Virus record (IMG/VR): IMGVR_UViG_3300021959_000022
Coordinates: 17,608-81,607 of that record
Reading direction: 5' to 3' (one strand)
DNA: 64,000 nt
Origin: a virus
Shown: piece by piece, positions 1 through 15,200 of the stretch
How the letters are laid out: each line of letters starts with the position of its first letter
Numbering within the stretch: position 1 is the first letter of the stretch
The notes under the pieces: generated by a model
Seen by the model: the letters and a program-made list of their open reading frames with translations, nothing else
The model's database searches: none
Told to the model about the DNA's origin: nothing
Made by a program: the position numbers and the translations under genes

Positions 1-1
1 G

Positions 2-3000
2 ATCGACTTGATAGCATACGTTGGTCAGTCTATTTCTTACAGGGTCGACTTAAACGCCAGAGAAAATTTCATCGATCTTGCTGAGCGTAAAGAGTCAGTG
101 CTGAGATTGGCCAGATTGATTTCCTACCAACCAAAAAGGAACGTGGCGGCATCTGGTTTTTTAAAAATTGATTCGGTCATCACCACAGAATCTGTGTTTG
201 ATGCCAACGGACAAAATCTTGCCAGCACTCCGGTGTTGTGGAACGACATCACCAATGCCAATTGGCAGGAACAATTTAATTCGATATTGAATGCGGCTCT
301 TAGCAGGGAGCAGTTCATAGGCAAACCACAGGCCGGTGAAACAATCTTCGGCATACCCACAGAAATGTACAGATTAAATTCCGCCAACATCTCAGAACCA
401 TTGTATGGTTTTAACAGAAACATCGGTGGAGTCAACATGCCGTTCGAAGTGGTGCCTTGTAGTTTCTTAAATGAGAAATACATCTATGAAGAATCACCTA
501 TTCCAGGCAACGGTCTATCATTCATATACAAGAATGATTCTCAGGGTTATGGTTCGGCCAACACCGGTTACTTTTTACATTTCAAGCAAGGGTCTGTGGG
601 ATTCCAAGATTTCACAGTTACTAATGCATCGCCGAACACAGTGGTTGCTATCGATCAAACCAACATCAACAATTCAGACGTATGGTTGTTTGGCCTTGAC
701 GAAAACGGCATAATTGAAAACAGATGGACCAAGGTGCCTGCGATCACAGGCAACAATGTCATCTATAATTCATTGTCACAAAACATCAACAACCAATACG
801 CAGTGATCACCAGACCAAACGATCAGGTCAGTCTTGTGTTTTCAGATGGTGTGTACGGCACACTGCCAAAAGGCAATTTCAGATGTGTGTTTAGAGCCAG
901 CAACAATTTGACATACTCTATACAAAAATCTTCAATGTCGAACATCAGCATCTCTGTGGACTACATATCCAGATCTGGCCAGACCAACACACTGACCATC
1001 AACGCTTCATTGCAAGGCACAGTAACTAATGCATCTCGTTCACAGTCCATACAGGAGATCAAGACTCTGGCACCGCAGTCATACTACACAAACAATAGGA
1101 TGATAACTCCTGAAGATTATCAGATAGTCCCGTTGACAGAGAATCCATCCATTGCGAAAGCAAAGTCGCAGGTTAGAACAAGTTCTGGCATATCGAGATT
1201 TTTAGATGTTGTAGATCCGACCGGAGTCTATTCACAGACAGATATTTTTGCTGACGACGGAATCCTTTACAGAGATGAAAAAGATCAAACTTTTGATTTC
1301 CAATTCAGCAACAACAATGACATACAACAGATGATCAACACCACACTTACAGATGTGATGAAGTCTGCAACATTTAGACACTTTTACTACAAGAATTATC
1401 CGTCTTTGACATCACCAAACAAGACTTGGAACAGATCAACCATATCCACAAATTCATGTACAGGATACTTCCTTGAAGGATCCACTCCTGTATCGGTTGG
1501 AGCACAATCAAGTTCCAACTTGAAATATGTCACAGCAGACTCTCTGATCAAATTTACAGCACCTTCCGGTTATCATTTCATGAACAATGGTACTTTGATG
1601 TTGGGTTCAGCCAATCATCCAAATTCCAGAGATAGTTGGTGGAGCAAGATTGTTTCTGTCGAGGGAGATGGCTCCAACGTGGGGCAAGGCAATCTCGGTG
1701 ACGGCACTGGTCCTATTCAACTTAATGATAATTTGCCAACCACAAGTGTGTTGTCGGAGATTATACCAAAATTTATTACATCTGTCAGCACCACACTGTC
1801 AGCGTCCATCATCGACAATGTCAAGAATTACAGGAATTTTGGATTATCATACAATTATCTCACATCTACATGGTCTGTGATCAACGAGGACAATCTAAAC
1901 ACGGGCACTTTCAGTCTTGCTAATCAGGGATCAACAGCAAACACACAATTGGATTCATCATGGATGATAAGATTTACTACAAATGGCGTTTCTTACACTG
2001 TGTATTACCGTTCCACAGATTATGTTTTCCAATCCAAATCCAGAAATAAGTTTTACTTCGACGAATCAGTCAAGATATATGATCCTACCACAGGTAAAAC
2101 CATTAAGGATAAGATACAGATACTTTCCACCAACCTCGGACCAGATCTAACTTCTTCCTTGCAGAGAAACTACGATTGGCAGATAGTTAAAAACTTTCAG
2201 GGTGTAGATGGTTACTACGATACAAGAAAGATGAAAATTGGATTTTTCGATTCAGATGATGACGGAGTAGTGGATGATCCTGATCTTTTCGACACAGTTG
2301 TAGGAGAACTGACATCACCCACATCCAAGTATGTGTTCTTCCAGACAGTGACCAGAAATGGTTTCGAAGAGCAAGATCCTGTGCTGAACAGTGATTTTGT
2401 TGTGACATCCATAGAAGGTGACATCACTGATCTTAAAGTGTACGCAAATGGTCAAAAATTTTATTTTTCCTCGACTAAAACATTCAAACAGTACAACAGC
2501 ACCACTGGCACACTGACAACCCTGTCTGGATACAGTGCGTACATAGGTAGAGATTCACTATACTACAGATACAACCATGGGGCTCCAAGATCTCGAAGAA
2601 TTGATCCTGCTGTGTCAAACATGATAGATGTGTATGTGATGACAAAAACTTATGATCAGGAATTTAGAACCTGGCTTAAAAAGAATCAATCAACTACAAA
2701 GCCTGTGCCTCCGACCATCGCTACCCTAAACGAAACATATACAGCAAGCTTGAATCAGTTAAAAAGCGTTTCGGATGAAATAATCTTTAATCCAGGAAAA
2801 TACAAATTAGTGTTCGGTCCTGGCGCCGAGTCTGAACTGCAAGCAACATTCAAGATTGTTAAAAATCCTGCCACCAACGTCAGCGACAATCAATTGAAAT
2901 CATCTGTGGTGGAATCGATTAACACTTATTTTAGTTTGGGGCTCTGGGATTTTGGAGACACTTTTTATTTTTCAGAATTAGCCGCATTCTTGCATAATTC

Positions 3001-3277
3001 ATTGACACCTGATGTGTTGAGCGTGGTCATAGTACCTGCTCAGGCATCGAGTGGATTTGGTTCATTGTTTCAGATCAACTCTTCGGAGAATGAAATTTTG
3101 ATATCATCAGCCACTGTGGATAATGTTGAGATGATCACATCGATAACTGCTGAAAAAATCAAAGCCACAGGCAATGTTGTAGTATCGACTGGTACATCAT
3201 CATCGACTACTGGCACAGCAACAGTAACATCCACAGCAACTTCTAGCAGTTCTAGCAGTTCTGGGGGTTACTACTAA
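2..3277 (+). CDS. Baseplate wedge subunit (T4 gp6-like), 5'-truncated by the window edge
   Basis: Frame is open from base 2 (IDLIAY...). Motifs typical of gp6-like proteins: '[18 protein letters not shown]', '[14 protein letters not shown]', '[24 protein letters not shown]', '[12 protein letters not shown]'. Ser/Thr-rich tail ending GGYY. Confidence 0.8.
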   Translation: MDLIAYVGQSISYRVDLNARENFIDLAERKESVLRLARLISYQPKRNVAASGFLKIDSVITTESVFDANGQNLASTPVLWNDITNANWQEQFNSILNAALSREQFIGKPQAGETIFGIPTEMYRLNSANISEPLYGFNRNIGGVNMPFEVVPCSFLNEKYIYEESPIPGNGLSFIYKNDSQGYGSANTGYFLHFKQGSVGFQDFTVTNASPNTVVAIDQTNINNSDVWLFGLDENGIIENRWTKVPAITGNNVIYNSLSQNINNQYAVITRPNDQVSLVFSDGVYGTLPKGNFRCVFRASNNLTYSIQKSSMSNISISVDYISRSGQTNTLTINASLQGTVTNASRSQSIQEIKTLAPQSYYTNNRMITPEDYQIVPLTENPSIAKAKSQVRTSSGISRFLDVVDPTGVYSQTDIFADDGILYRDEKDQTFDFQFSNNNDIQQMINTTLTDVMKSATFRHFYYKNYPSLTSPNKTWNRSTISTNSCTGYFLEGSTPVSVGAQSSSNLKYVTADSLIKFTAPSGYHFMNNGTLMLGSANHPNSRDSWWSKIVSVEGDGSNVGQGNLGDGTGPIQLNDNLPTTSVLSEIIPKFITSVSTTLSASIIDNVKNYRNFGLSYNYLTSTWSVINEDNLNTGTFSLANQGSTANTQLDSSWMIRFTTNGVSYTVYYRSTDYVFQSKSRNKFYFDESVKIYDPTTGKTIKDKIQILSTNLGPDLTSSLQRNYDWQIVKNFQGVDGYYDTRKMKIGFFDSDDDGVVDDPDLFDTVVGELTSPTSKYVFFQTVTRNGFEEQDPVLNSDFVVTSIEGDITDLKVYANGQKFYFSSTKTFKQYNSTTGTLTTLSGYSAYIGRDSLYYRYNHGAPRSRRIDPAVSNMIDVYVMTKTYDQEFRTWLKKNQSTTKPVPPTIATLNETYTASLNQLKSVSDEIIFNPGKYKLVFGPGAESELQATFKIVKNPATNVSDNQLKSSVVESINTYFSLGLWDFGDTFYFSELAAFLHNSLTPDVLSVVIVPAQASSGFGSLFQINSSENEILISSATVDNVEMITSITAEKIKATGNVVVSTGTSSSTTGTATVTSTATSSSSSSSGGYY

Positions 3278-6200
3278 TGGCAAAATCAACTCGCCCTTCA
3301 CATAAACTATTACCACAAACTTTTCAAACCGAAAAGAATAAAAAATTCCTATCCTCCACTCTGGATCAATACATAGAACCATCCACATTGGATAAGGTTA
3401 ATGCTTATGTAGGACAAAAGTATCACAGCAGTTTTAGGAAGGATGACACATATCTTCAAGAACAGAGCAAAGAGAGACAAAATTATCAACTGGAAACAGC
3501 TACAACTTATAAATCTAATGGTTCCGAAATTGATTTCATTGCACCATACATAGATGTGGTCAATGAAATAGGTGCACGCGGTGGTGACAAGTACAGACAC
3601 GACAAACTATGGCAAAGTGATTTTTACTCATATGCTCCGCCGGTAGACGCAGACAAACTCATCAACTTCAGAGAGTATTACTGGATCCCTAATGGTCCTA
3701 TCTCGGTGCAGTCTAACATAGACAACCCCGGAAGTGTGATCACTATTAATGTAACAAATGAAGGTTTAACGGGATGGAAGTTCAACAACAAGGCCAATGT
3801 AAATCCTGACATCACTGTGTACAGAGGCAACACTTACAAGTTTGTAATCAACGCTCCGGGCATGAATTTTTGGATCAAGACAGATTATGGCACAGGACGT
3901 GACAGCACAGCTAACACAGATTACGTGAACAACAACGGAGCCTCGTCGGGCGAGGTAACTTTGTACATTCCGACGTCGGATTCGTCTACTATACCGGAAA
4001 CTGTTTTATATTACCAATGCGAAGATCATCAACCTATGCAGGGTCGATTAATAATCAAAGACCTTGCCAATGAAAATTTCGACATCCAGGAAAACCTTAT
4101 AGGAGTAAATGGATTCACAGACAGTCTTGGCCTTGTTTATTCATCAGGGCAGAAGATAACATTCCAGGGTGATCCAGTGTCCGACAGACCACAGACGTTC
4201 TACGTTGAAAATGTTGGCAGAAGTATCATGTTGGTAGAGCAGAAAGATCAATTGGTTTATGAGCTTTATGGAATCAGCGAGATTGAACCATGGGACTACA
4301 ACGGAGTGACTGGTTGGGATTCCAAGGGTTGGGGCGAAACCATAGGTATAATTGAGTTTCCTGATTACTGGACCATAAACAGAGCATCACAGGATTTGAA
4401 CGCATGGTCCAGAGGCAACAGATGGTTCCACAGATCGGTCATAGAGACAGCCAATCTTAAAAACAATCTTCAAACAACTCTGAATGAAAACCAGAGAGCC
4501 AAAAGACCTATAGTAGAATTCATACCAGGATTGCAACTGTTCAATCACGGTAGCAGAGGCAAGGGAGTTGATTTTGTCGATACCAAGACCACTGATGCAT
4601 TCAGCAATCTGCAGGGTGCGTTAGGATTGAGCATTGATCAGACCACAGTGACCGAAGGCTCCACTATCGTGTTTCCTAATGATCCTGAGCAAAAGAATAA
4701 AATTTTTACCGTCAAGTTTGTAGTTCTGGGAGACAGCAGTCTAAGGATCACGTTCGATGATGATTCCACCACTGTGCAAGAGGGACAGAGCATATTCGTC
4801 AAAAAAGGTAAAACGCAAAAAGGCAAGACATACCATTACAAAAACGGTGCATGGGTGTCGAGCCAGGCAAAGACAAAGTTGCAACAGAAGCCTTTGTTTG
4901 ATGTTTTCGATGATGCCGGAATAAGTTTATCAAAAAATGACACCTATCTGTCGACTACATTTGCTGGTTCCACACTGTTCGAAGTTGCCACTGATTCGAC
5001 TCAAGGAACTCCTGACACTGTGTACAACACAAATGTGATTTACCAAAGATATGGATTGTTGTCGGACATTCAGCTGAATGATTCTTTCAACAAGGACACA
5101 TTCCAGCACATAACAGACCAAGGCCTTGAAACATTCAACCTCAGACAGTATTTTTTGAAAGTGAATTCGGGTAGTTCGTACACACTTTCCAACAACTGGA
5201 AGAAAAATGTAATCGAACATCCTCAACAACGCATAGAAGAATACACAGCCAACAAGGATCAAACAGACTTTGAAGTCAAGGCGTGGAGAAATTCTGCACA
5301 ATTGACCGACATCACACTACAAGTTTTCATAGACGGTGAGTTGACCAAAGATTATGTGAGGAAGAACACCAACAAGAACTTGATAGTCCGGTTGAACAAA
5401 AAACAACCACAAGGAACTCAGATAACCATCAAGTCTTACTCTGAGAGAGATTTTCCTACCACAAATGGTTTTTGGGAAGTTCCTGTGACAGTGGTCGGAA
5501 ACCCATTGAACAAGAATCTTTTATCTTTCACACACGGTGACATATCTTCACACTATAAGACCGGTGTGCAAAACCACCCCTCATTCACTGGATTGGTATC
5601 GGGGGCCAACAACAGCAGAGATCTTGACAATGTTTTTGCTTATTCTACTAAATTTTTGCAACATTCCAGCAGTGCACCATTGGCGTCTGTGTTGACCAGA
5701 GATCCTGTTTTGGACATTGTGTCTGCGTTCAGATCTTCGTCCAATGACTATGAAAAAATCAAGAAATCTTTAATTTCAGCTTGCGACACTGTGACACTCA
5801 ACGGCACAGTGGCCGAACAGTTGGACCTACTTTTGTCATACATCAATTCTAACAAAAACAGTTCTATGCCATACTTTTCATCTGACATGTTGGCATATGG
5901 CACCAATAAGAACACACTGTCCTACACAGTAACTGACGCAAACATCACTTCGTATCCTATCACAAGTGCTTTCGATCTGGAAAAATTATCGGAGAAAAGT
6001 GTGTACGTTTACATCAACAATGTGCAGATACTAAACGGAACAGATTATGTGTTTACTGATCTACAAGATTCGACAGCGATCATCGGTGTGGACATAAAAA
6101 AAAGTTTGAATGTGGGAGATGTCATCATCATAGACGAATATGTTTCTACACAAGGATCGTACATCCCGGCAACACCCGCCAATCTGGGTTTGGCTCCTAA

Positions 6201-9200
6201 ATACACCCCGAGAAAGTTTTTGGATGACACTTATCAATCAGAGGATTCTACAACACAAGGCATCAATGTGATAGAAGGACATGATGGTTCCATCACAGTG
6301 GCATATGATGATTTCCGTGATGACATATTATTAGAGTTTGAAAAGAGAATATACAACAATATCAAAACTATCTACAAGGATGACATCATCAACTTAGAAC
6401 CAGGCTTCTATAGATTGAATGATTACAGCACTGACCAGTATGACACTTTGATAGCCAGAGAATTTTACACATGGTCGGGCGTGAATGCTATCGATTACTC
6501 CACTAATTCTACATATGATTCTGGAAACCCATGGACGTACAAATGGACAGGCTATCAAGCCAAGTTCGATGATTCGCAACTCAAGGGTTTTTGGAGAAGG
6601 ATATACCACCTATGGTTTGACACAGACAGACCACACACCGCTCCTTGGGAGATGTTTGAATTTTCAGAAAAACCAGAATGGTGGGATTCAGTGTATGGAC
6701 CAGCTCCTTACACAGGAGGCAACCTACTGCTTTGGAAACACGTTGAACAAGGGTTCATACCGCAAGGATCGAGAAAAGGATACTACAGGAGGTATGCCAG
6801 AAACGGAGTCCTTTCCAACATACCAGTAGACGATGCTGGAAGATTGTTGGATCCTGCCAATGCAGGAATCATCAAAGGCGGCACATCATCTGAACAACTG
6901 CAATCATCTTCTTGGGTTTTTGGAGATTGGGGCCCACCAGAGACTGCATGGAGGAAATCGTCATCATTCAGATTCGCACTACAGATAGCAAAATTTTTGG
7001 CCAGACCCGGGCAGTATTCAGGATTGTATTTCGACACGTCCAGAATTAAAAAGAACACAATAGATCAATATGTTTACGACGGCAAATATCGAGACACCAT
7101 CACAAACTATGCCCTTCCTTCGGGGACAACTTTAACCGCAGGTTATGTCAATGTGTTGTATGATTATGTCAAAGGTTTGGGTTTCGGCATCGATTACATA
7201 GCCAATAGGTTATCCAATCTTGATGTGCAGTTGGCCTACAAACTGGGTGGATTCAGCAACAAGGAAAATATGAATGTTGTGGTAGGCAGCTACAGTCCTT
7301 CTTCGACTAACAAGAGTGTATACATTCCTAAAGAAAATTTCAATTTATACTTGTTTAAAAGTGCACCTATCGACAATGTCAATTACTCGGGTGTGATAGT
7401 TGAAAAATCCGCCGGTGGATACAAACTGAGTGGATACAACAACTTTGATAGATCATTTTCATATTACCCACCTCGGATCAACAACAACAATAGTGTTGTG
7501 GTGGTGGGTGCAACAACAGAATCGTACGTGGATTGGCGAGCGAATGGATTCTATGCTTCCGGATCGGTTGTCAAGAACGGCGGATTCTTCTACAGAGCCA
7601 ACAACAATATTTCCAGCGGACAAACCTTCGAAGAGGACAATTGGAGCAAGATAGGCGCAAGCCTTCCTCTCAAGGGTGGAGTAAGGGTCAACAAATACAA
7701 GGATTACCTGCAGAATGTCGCAACCATAACATACGGCACTGAAGTAAGTTCCACACAGGAAGTGGCCAACTTCTTGTACGGTTATGATCAATATCTTAAA
7801 ACCAAAGGGTTCGTGTTTGACGAGTTTTCAACAGAACTCAACACTCCCATTGACTGGGATCTTTCAGTCAAGGAGTTTTTGTTTTGGAGCACCCAGGAAT
7901 GGGAAAATTCAGCAGTCATAACACTTTCGCCGGCATCGGCCAAATTAAAATTCCAGAAGGAAAACACAATTGGTGATGATCTCATAGGCGGTGATAATTT
8001 TTATACAGTATTACAACAGGATGGATTCCCCATCCAGCCCACAAACTTGTCCACCAACAGAACTAATGGACAATTTGTGATAGAAACCAATCCAGATGAG
8101 GATGGAATCTATAACGCAGACATCAGGGCCATACAGAAAGAACATGTGCTGATACTGGACAACAAGACTTCATTCAAAGATGTGATATATGATGACTTGA
8201 TGGGAGTCAGACAGGACCGTGTAAAATTGGTGGGGTGGAAAACATCCAACTGGAACGGAGATATTTACGCTCCCGGTTACATCGTGGACACTGCAAAAGT
8301 TTATTCCTGGACAACATTTACAGATTACAAGAAAGGCGATGTAATCAGCCATCAAAGCAACACATACGTTGTGTTGAGTAATCATAATTCCGGAGAAAAC
8401 TTCAACAATTCTTACTACAGGTTGAAAACAAGTGAGCCGCAAAAAGACCTACTACCGAACTGGGACGCCAAGGCCGAATCGTTTAGAGATTTTTACTCCT
8501 TAGATACAGAAAACTTTGATGCAGAACAACAAAAGTATGCACAGCACTTGATAGGTTTCCAGACCAGAACGTATTGGGAGAACTTGGGATTGGATGATTT
8601 GACCCAATACAAATTCTACCAAGGAATGATCAAGGACAAAGGCACAATCAAACCCATACAGCGATTCAAGTCTCCGACCACTGTGCAAGATGCAGTTGAG
8701 TACAATGTGTACGAAGAAAATGCTTTCAGAGTGGGAGAGTTTGGGTCATACAGGACAGATCAAAATTATCTCTTTGCTTTGGATGACAAAACACACAGAC
8801 AGCAACAGCAAGTATACAACATCACGCAAAGTGTTGTCGATGACACACAAAATATCATAAATGTTTCAGCATCTGAGATGCAGGACAGACCCTACGAATT
8901 ACAGTTTCCTACTTTTGCAAAATATTCATATGACACACTTAACACCCCGGATCATATTTTCCAGTATCCGATGGCTGGTTATGTACAACCACATCAAGCA
9001 AAATTTAACGCCTATGACGAATCACAGTTGCTTAATCTTTCAGTCGCAAATATGTTCGAAGGAGATAGGATCTGGTTGGCCAACACTGCCAACAAGGACT
9101 GGGAGATTTATAGAGCTACGACCATAGACAATTATATAGAATTTTATGAAGCCAGAGATGGAATACTTCAGTTCACCACATATAACCCACACGGACTTAA

Positions 9201-12200
9201 TCCCGGAGATTACATTGTGGTCAAGAATTTTGACAATGCCATCGATGGCATCCACAAGGTAACTGAATCACCGGACAGCACAGATGGATTGTACAAGTTC
9301 AGTGTTCCATTCGTTGAAACATTCGACAGCACAAAGCAAAACGGCACCATCATGAAATTGACTTCTGTGAGACTTTCGAGTGTGGATGACATTGTAAACA
9401 TCACTCCCATCAATGGATTTTCAACAGGCGACACCGTGTTTGTTGATAATGGATACAAGACTAACACAGGCTTATGGAAGATATATCAACTCAACAACAA
9501 CTCTGTGTTCGAGAAAAAACAAAAATTTAAGAGTTTAATATCTACAGCGGCAGACACTAATTTTGGTTCTGCAGTGGGAATCAATTCAAACAACGGTACA
9601 GTATTAGTGATAGGATCACCCAACGAAAATGCCGCGGTGATTTACACAAGGAACTCTGATGCAGACAATTTCAAGCTCAAAAACGAAGTGGTGTACACAT
9701 ATTTGAATTCAGATTCTTCAGACAAAAATGGCACCAGTGTTGCAGTGTCAGGCGACGGAAACACAGTATACTCTGGTTCACCTTATTCCAAGTCCATTAT
9801 GAGATTGAATCTTGCTTCCGCTTACACATCTTTTGTACCCGGACAACTCATATACGGCACAGACAGTGAAGCCACAGGAAGGATCTTGATAAACGACACA
9901 ACAAATAATGTGTTGTATGTCAAGGTAATAAGTGGAGTTTTCACCACAGAAAATTTATGGTTAGAAGATTCGTCCAGTTTGGTATCCATATCGTCAGTGG
10001 TAGGTACCACAACAGAAACTAATCAAGGTTTGGTGCACATTATGACCAAAGATCAGTATGGCAGTTGGGGTATCACCCAATCTGTGGCATCCCCGACATT
10101 AGGCAGCGACGAGTACTTTGGATGGTCTGTGGCTTCTTCGTCTGATGGCACATATCTGTTTGTTGGAGCGCCGTCCAGCACCACACTTGCCAGTGATTCC
10201 GGATTGCATTCAGGCAAAGTTTACGTTTACAAGAAGACAAGCGGCAAGTACATATACAATCAAACACTCACACCAGGCAGTTCATCCCAATCGATAGATA
10301 AGTTTGGATTCTCCATAGCAGTCAGCGATGATGCTAAGGTGCTCACAATCAGTTCGCCATATTATGATCTCGACTCATCGTCATTCGGCGACAGCGCCAC
10401 AGACTCTGGTTCTGTCTATGTTTATAGATTAAACGATGACACTTACTACTATCAAACACAAGAAATAACCAGTCCTAATAATCAAGGCGCCAACTTCGGG
10501 TATTCAGTGGGCATCAGCGCCACAGACAAGGACTTGTTGATCGGGTCACCACAAACCATAGTAAATGAAAATCCACAAGGCGCTGTGTATTATTACAAAT
10601 TAAATTCATCCTCGCACATCGGGGACGGATCCACAAACGCATTCACTCCAAACTTCACTGTGTCATCTGATACAGTTTCGGTTTCTGTGAACGGCAACAC
10701 AGTATATGATTATACCACGTCGGGCAATGTTGTGACATTCGGAACAACTCCTTCGATAGGTGATGCCATAGTGATTTCGCAGTACAAGTTGTATCAGACA
10801 ATCAATCAACCCGTGTACAAAGCCAACAGCAAGTTTGGTCAGCGTGTTGCTGTTGATGGCAAAAGATTAATTGTGCATTCTTTAAATTTCGGACCCAAGC
10901 AAAAAACAACTTTTGACAAATTTTTGACGGATGGGTCTACTGTGACTGCGGAAACAACATTCGACGGCAAAGCAACTTCATTTGTAAGCACTGTTTCTAA
11001 CACCGGCGCCGCATTTGTGTTTTCTAAATTAGATACTAAATTTGTTTACGAATCTGAATTACAACCCAAGGATCTTTCATCCAATGACAAGTTTGGTTCG
11101 GCGCTGGCATCATACAACAGATCGATATTTGTTGGTGCACCCGGCCAGAGCGTGATTGGATCCGGAGACTCCACTTATTCGGGAGCGGGTCAAGTATATT
11201 GGTTTAAAAAACAATCAACAGATGCGAGTGGATGGGAATTGATACAAACTCAACCAACTTTGGTGGATCATAATAAAACTAAAACAGTGCAGGTTGTGAA
11301 CAAACAGCGTCCATCATTGATATCAAGATTAGAACACATAGACCCAGCCAAAGGCAAATTATTCGGTAGAGTCGAGCAAAACATATCTTACAAAACTCCT
11401 TACGATCCTGCAGATTACGATTCATGGACACAAACTAACACCGGGCAGGTCTGGTTGGACACTTCCAAGTTTAAGTTTGCTTGGTACGAACAGGGTGATT
11501 TGAATTTTAGATTGTTGAATTGGGGCAAACTTCATCCGAGTTCCACAGTGCAGGCAAATGAATGGACAGAAAGCGAGTACACTCCGGAACAGTACAACAA
11601 CCTTGCAGGAACGCAAGAAGGAGAAAGTTTAGGAATCACAGGAACTGCACAATCAAACTACGTGGCCAAATCAGTTTACGATCCCAATGTGCAACAGTTC
11701 AAGAACAAATATTTCTTCTGGGTTTCTAACCCAACTGTGTTACCGCAAGTGTTGTTTAGAACAGTCACAGCCAATCAGATTGCACAGTCCATAATTGATC
11801 CGAAATCATACAGCCAAGAATACAGTGCTGTGGTTAGAGATGATGCACTCTTAGTTTCATACAATCCTAACAGGATAACCAATGAATTGAGTCTGCGTTT
11901 TGAAAACCAAAGCGAGTCTGAGATACAACCACACAAAGAGTATGTTTTAATTTCTGAAAATGACACCACCACAAACATTCCGACACAGCTGATTGAAAAA
12001 ATGAAGGACTCATTGGAGGGCAACGACATAAATGGTAGAACAGTGCCAGACGTCAGTTTCCCATCCACCATGTGGTATGGTATATTGAACAGACCGAGAC
12101 AGTCTATGTTCAAAGACAGATTCGCGGCGTTGCAAAATATGATCGAGTTCGCCAACAAAGCATTGGCAAAAAAACAATACGCTGGCAACAAGACACTGAC

Positions 12201-15200
12201 AAATTGGCTCAAGCAGGAACCATTGCCGAGCAAGATCGTGGAAGGTTACAAAATCAAAGTTGATACTGACACCGATCTCACATATCTAAACACAGAAACC
12301 TACAACACCAATGACAAAGTCTTGGTTGAATTCGACTCACGTGCCGGCAATCGATGGACCATAAACACTTTCGATGAGAACAGGAAGTTCAGAACCACCA
12401 AAGTTCAATCATATGACACCAAAAGGTATTGGGAATACACTGATTGGTACGCAAGCGGATACGATTCTACCCTGACTCCTGATTACACGGTGGCAAATGA
12501 GCGTGCAATGAGAACCACCGAATATGCGATAGGCACAATCATAAAGGTCAAATCCAGTTATGATGGAAAATTTAGATTTTACAAGAAGACATACAACAGT
12601 TTCGACACAATAGCATCCGAGGATGGCACTTTAAAAATCAAAACTAATCTGTATGACACCAGCGGATCTAATCTTGGATACGATGGTGACACATATTCTA
12701 ATAATGTGTTCGATGAAAGAGCAACCACTGAAATAAGATTCTTGTTTGATGGACTGCAGAAGGACATATTCATCGACGCAGACTTGTTAGAATTCAACAA
12801 GATGTTCTTCACACTCGTAAGATATGCTGAACAAGAACAGAAAAACCTTGATTGGTTGTTCAAGTCATCTTTCGTCAAACTGATCAGCACATACAACAAG
12901 TTAGAGCAACCACCGGAATTTAGGCTGAACACAACATCGGCTGTCACAGAATTCATCCAAGAAGTGTTGCCATTTAAAACCAAGATAAGGGAAACATTAG
13001 AACAGCACAAAAATTTAGAAACTCTCGAAGGCGATGTGACAGACTTCGATAACAAATCTTACTATGACAGTCAAAACAAAACTTATGTAGCACCAAGAGT
13101 ATTTGAAGACGACAGCACTTATTTTGATGTGTACAATTACAATCCATGGAAGTTCTATTCAGACAATTACAAGTTTAAAGTAGGATCCATAGATGTAGGA
13201 ACCAAAGGTTCTGGTTACACTTCTACTCCTACTGTCACTATCACAGGCGGAGGCGGTTCCGGAGCTGTCGCAACTGCTGTTGTGAGTGGTGGTGAAATAA
13301 CATCGATCAAAGTCACAGCATCTGGCAGCGGTTATACCACAACACCAACAGTCACCCTAACTGGTGGCGATCCAACAACACCTGCTGTTGTGGCGGCAAG
13401 ATTGGTCAACAACAAGGTAAGAAGTTTCGACAGCATCATCAAGTTTGATAGATTGAACAGCAACAAAGAAATATCGAATTCTGTGATCAAGGAATGGGCT
13501 CAGTTCACACCATATGCTGTAAACGACAACATACGAGTTGGTAAAAAAATATACAGGGTACACACAGCATTCACCAGTGACTTGACATATGACAAGGACG
13601 TGTTGTTGTCTGATTCATCCACGGCTGGATATCTTACTGTGCTCACTGAATGGTCGGCAACAGACAGAATCAATTCATACTATTCGCCTACAGCGGGAAT
13701 GGCAGGACTCATCGGTGATGGTTCAACAAACATAGATGCGTATGCACAATTGATGACGGGTTTAGAATATCCTGGCACTAGATTAGTAGGATTGAAGTTC
13801 GAAGAAGGCGAAGGATACGATGTTGAGCCATACGATATTGCAAGATATGACGCAACTGAGCAGGATGTGATTGATCCTACTGAACTAAGAAATGTTGACC
13901 AAGTGGTTGATTCCAAATCTTTCACCACAACATTGGGCACCAAAGCGGAAGACATTGAAGTAGTAGGCGATGCATTCATTTCAGAATATTCTGCACATGC
14001 ACCTGAGGAAGTGTTGCCGGGCGGAGTGTATGACACGCTGGACATGAAAATTTACACAGCACCATCCACGGGCAGTGGAATGATGGCCAGAGCAACTTAC
14101 TATGGAGATGGTTCGACCAAGTCGTTCAATGTGCCAGGAAAGATCAGCACCCTGGACAGTGTGAGAGTGTATGTTGACAATCAGTTCAACCAGGCAGATT
14201 CCACAGACTACGAACTCGATGTTGTGGCAAAGACAGTGACATTCAACACTGCTCCTGCTAACATGGCAGTGGTGACTGTACACACGGTGGACGCATCTGT
14301 GGACACGCTGGTAGCAGAATTTGAGTTAGATGGCGATGGCAGTACCACGCAGTTTAATCTTAATGTGTCCAGAGATTCCATCCAACAGACTTATGTCACA
14401 GTCAACGGAATTAAGACATCGGTCACACTCAACCAACTCACACCCACTTGTGATGACACCACATTTACTGCTGACAACACAAACATCACCGCAGACGAAA
14501 CAGGCGACAGCGGCATAACCAAAATTACTTTCTCTTCCGCTCCTGCAGAAGGATCCAAGATATTCGTGCATTTCTTCAATGTTTCCGGAAGCATAGCATA
14601 CAGCGAGATGGTCACCACTGAGTACACAGTGCCGACCACAGGAGCTAACAAAAATAAAGTTTCGCTCAATCCAAGACCTGGATTGATCGGACCATACGAA
14701 CACAAAATCATCGTTGAAGGAGTGTCCGGCACATCATCGACCAACAGATACAGATTGAGTCCACCGGTGGTTAGATATTTCAGCGGAGATGGATCCACAA
14801 GGACTTTCTTCGTGCCCAACAACAATTTCAAAAAGATTGAGGCAACTGACAGCACGGTCGAAGTTTGGGTGAATGGAATTTACCAAGGAGATGACTCTTC
14901 AGTCAATTCTGACTACACATTGAACAATGACTCGTCCGATGTTGTAACAGTGACCCTAAACACAGCTCCGGCGGTTGGAGAGACTGTGGCAGTCATGCTC
15001 AAGATAGGACACGATTATGAATTAGACACCAACGCATCAGTTATGACTCTACGTGATGGTTGGTCTTCGATAACTGGCAATGATTCATCGAGCATCAACA
15101 ATGAAAAAATATATGTGACAACTTTTAGAAACCACAACCAGATGAACATGAGAACAGAGCGTTGGGAAGATTACGCATATGATCAAGGTCAGGGAGACGT

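Noticed and set aside
3241-3262. Short tandem repeat (TCTAGCAGT)x2 at the end of the gp6-like gene
   Set aside because: It just encodes a poly-Ser low-complexity tail.
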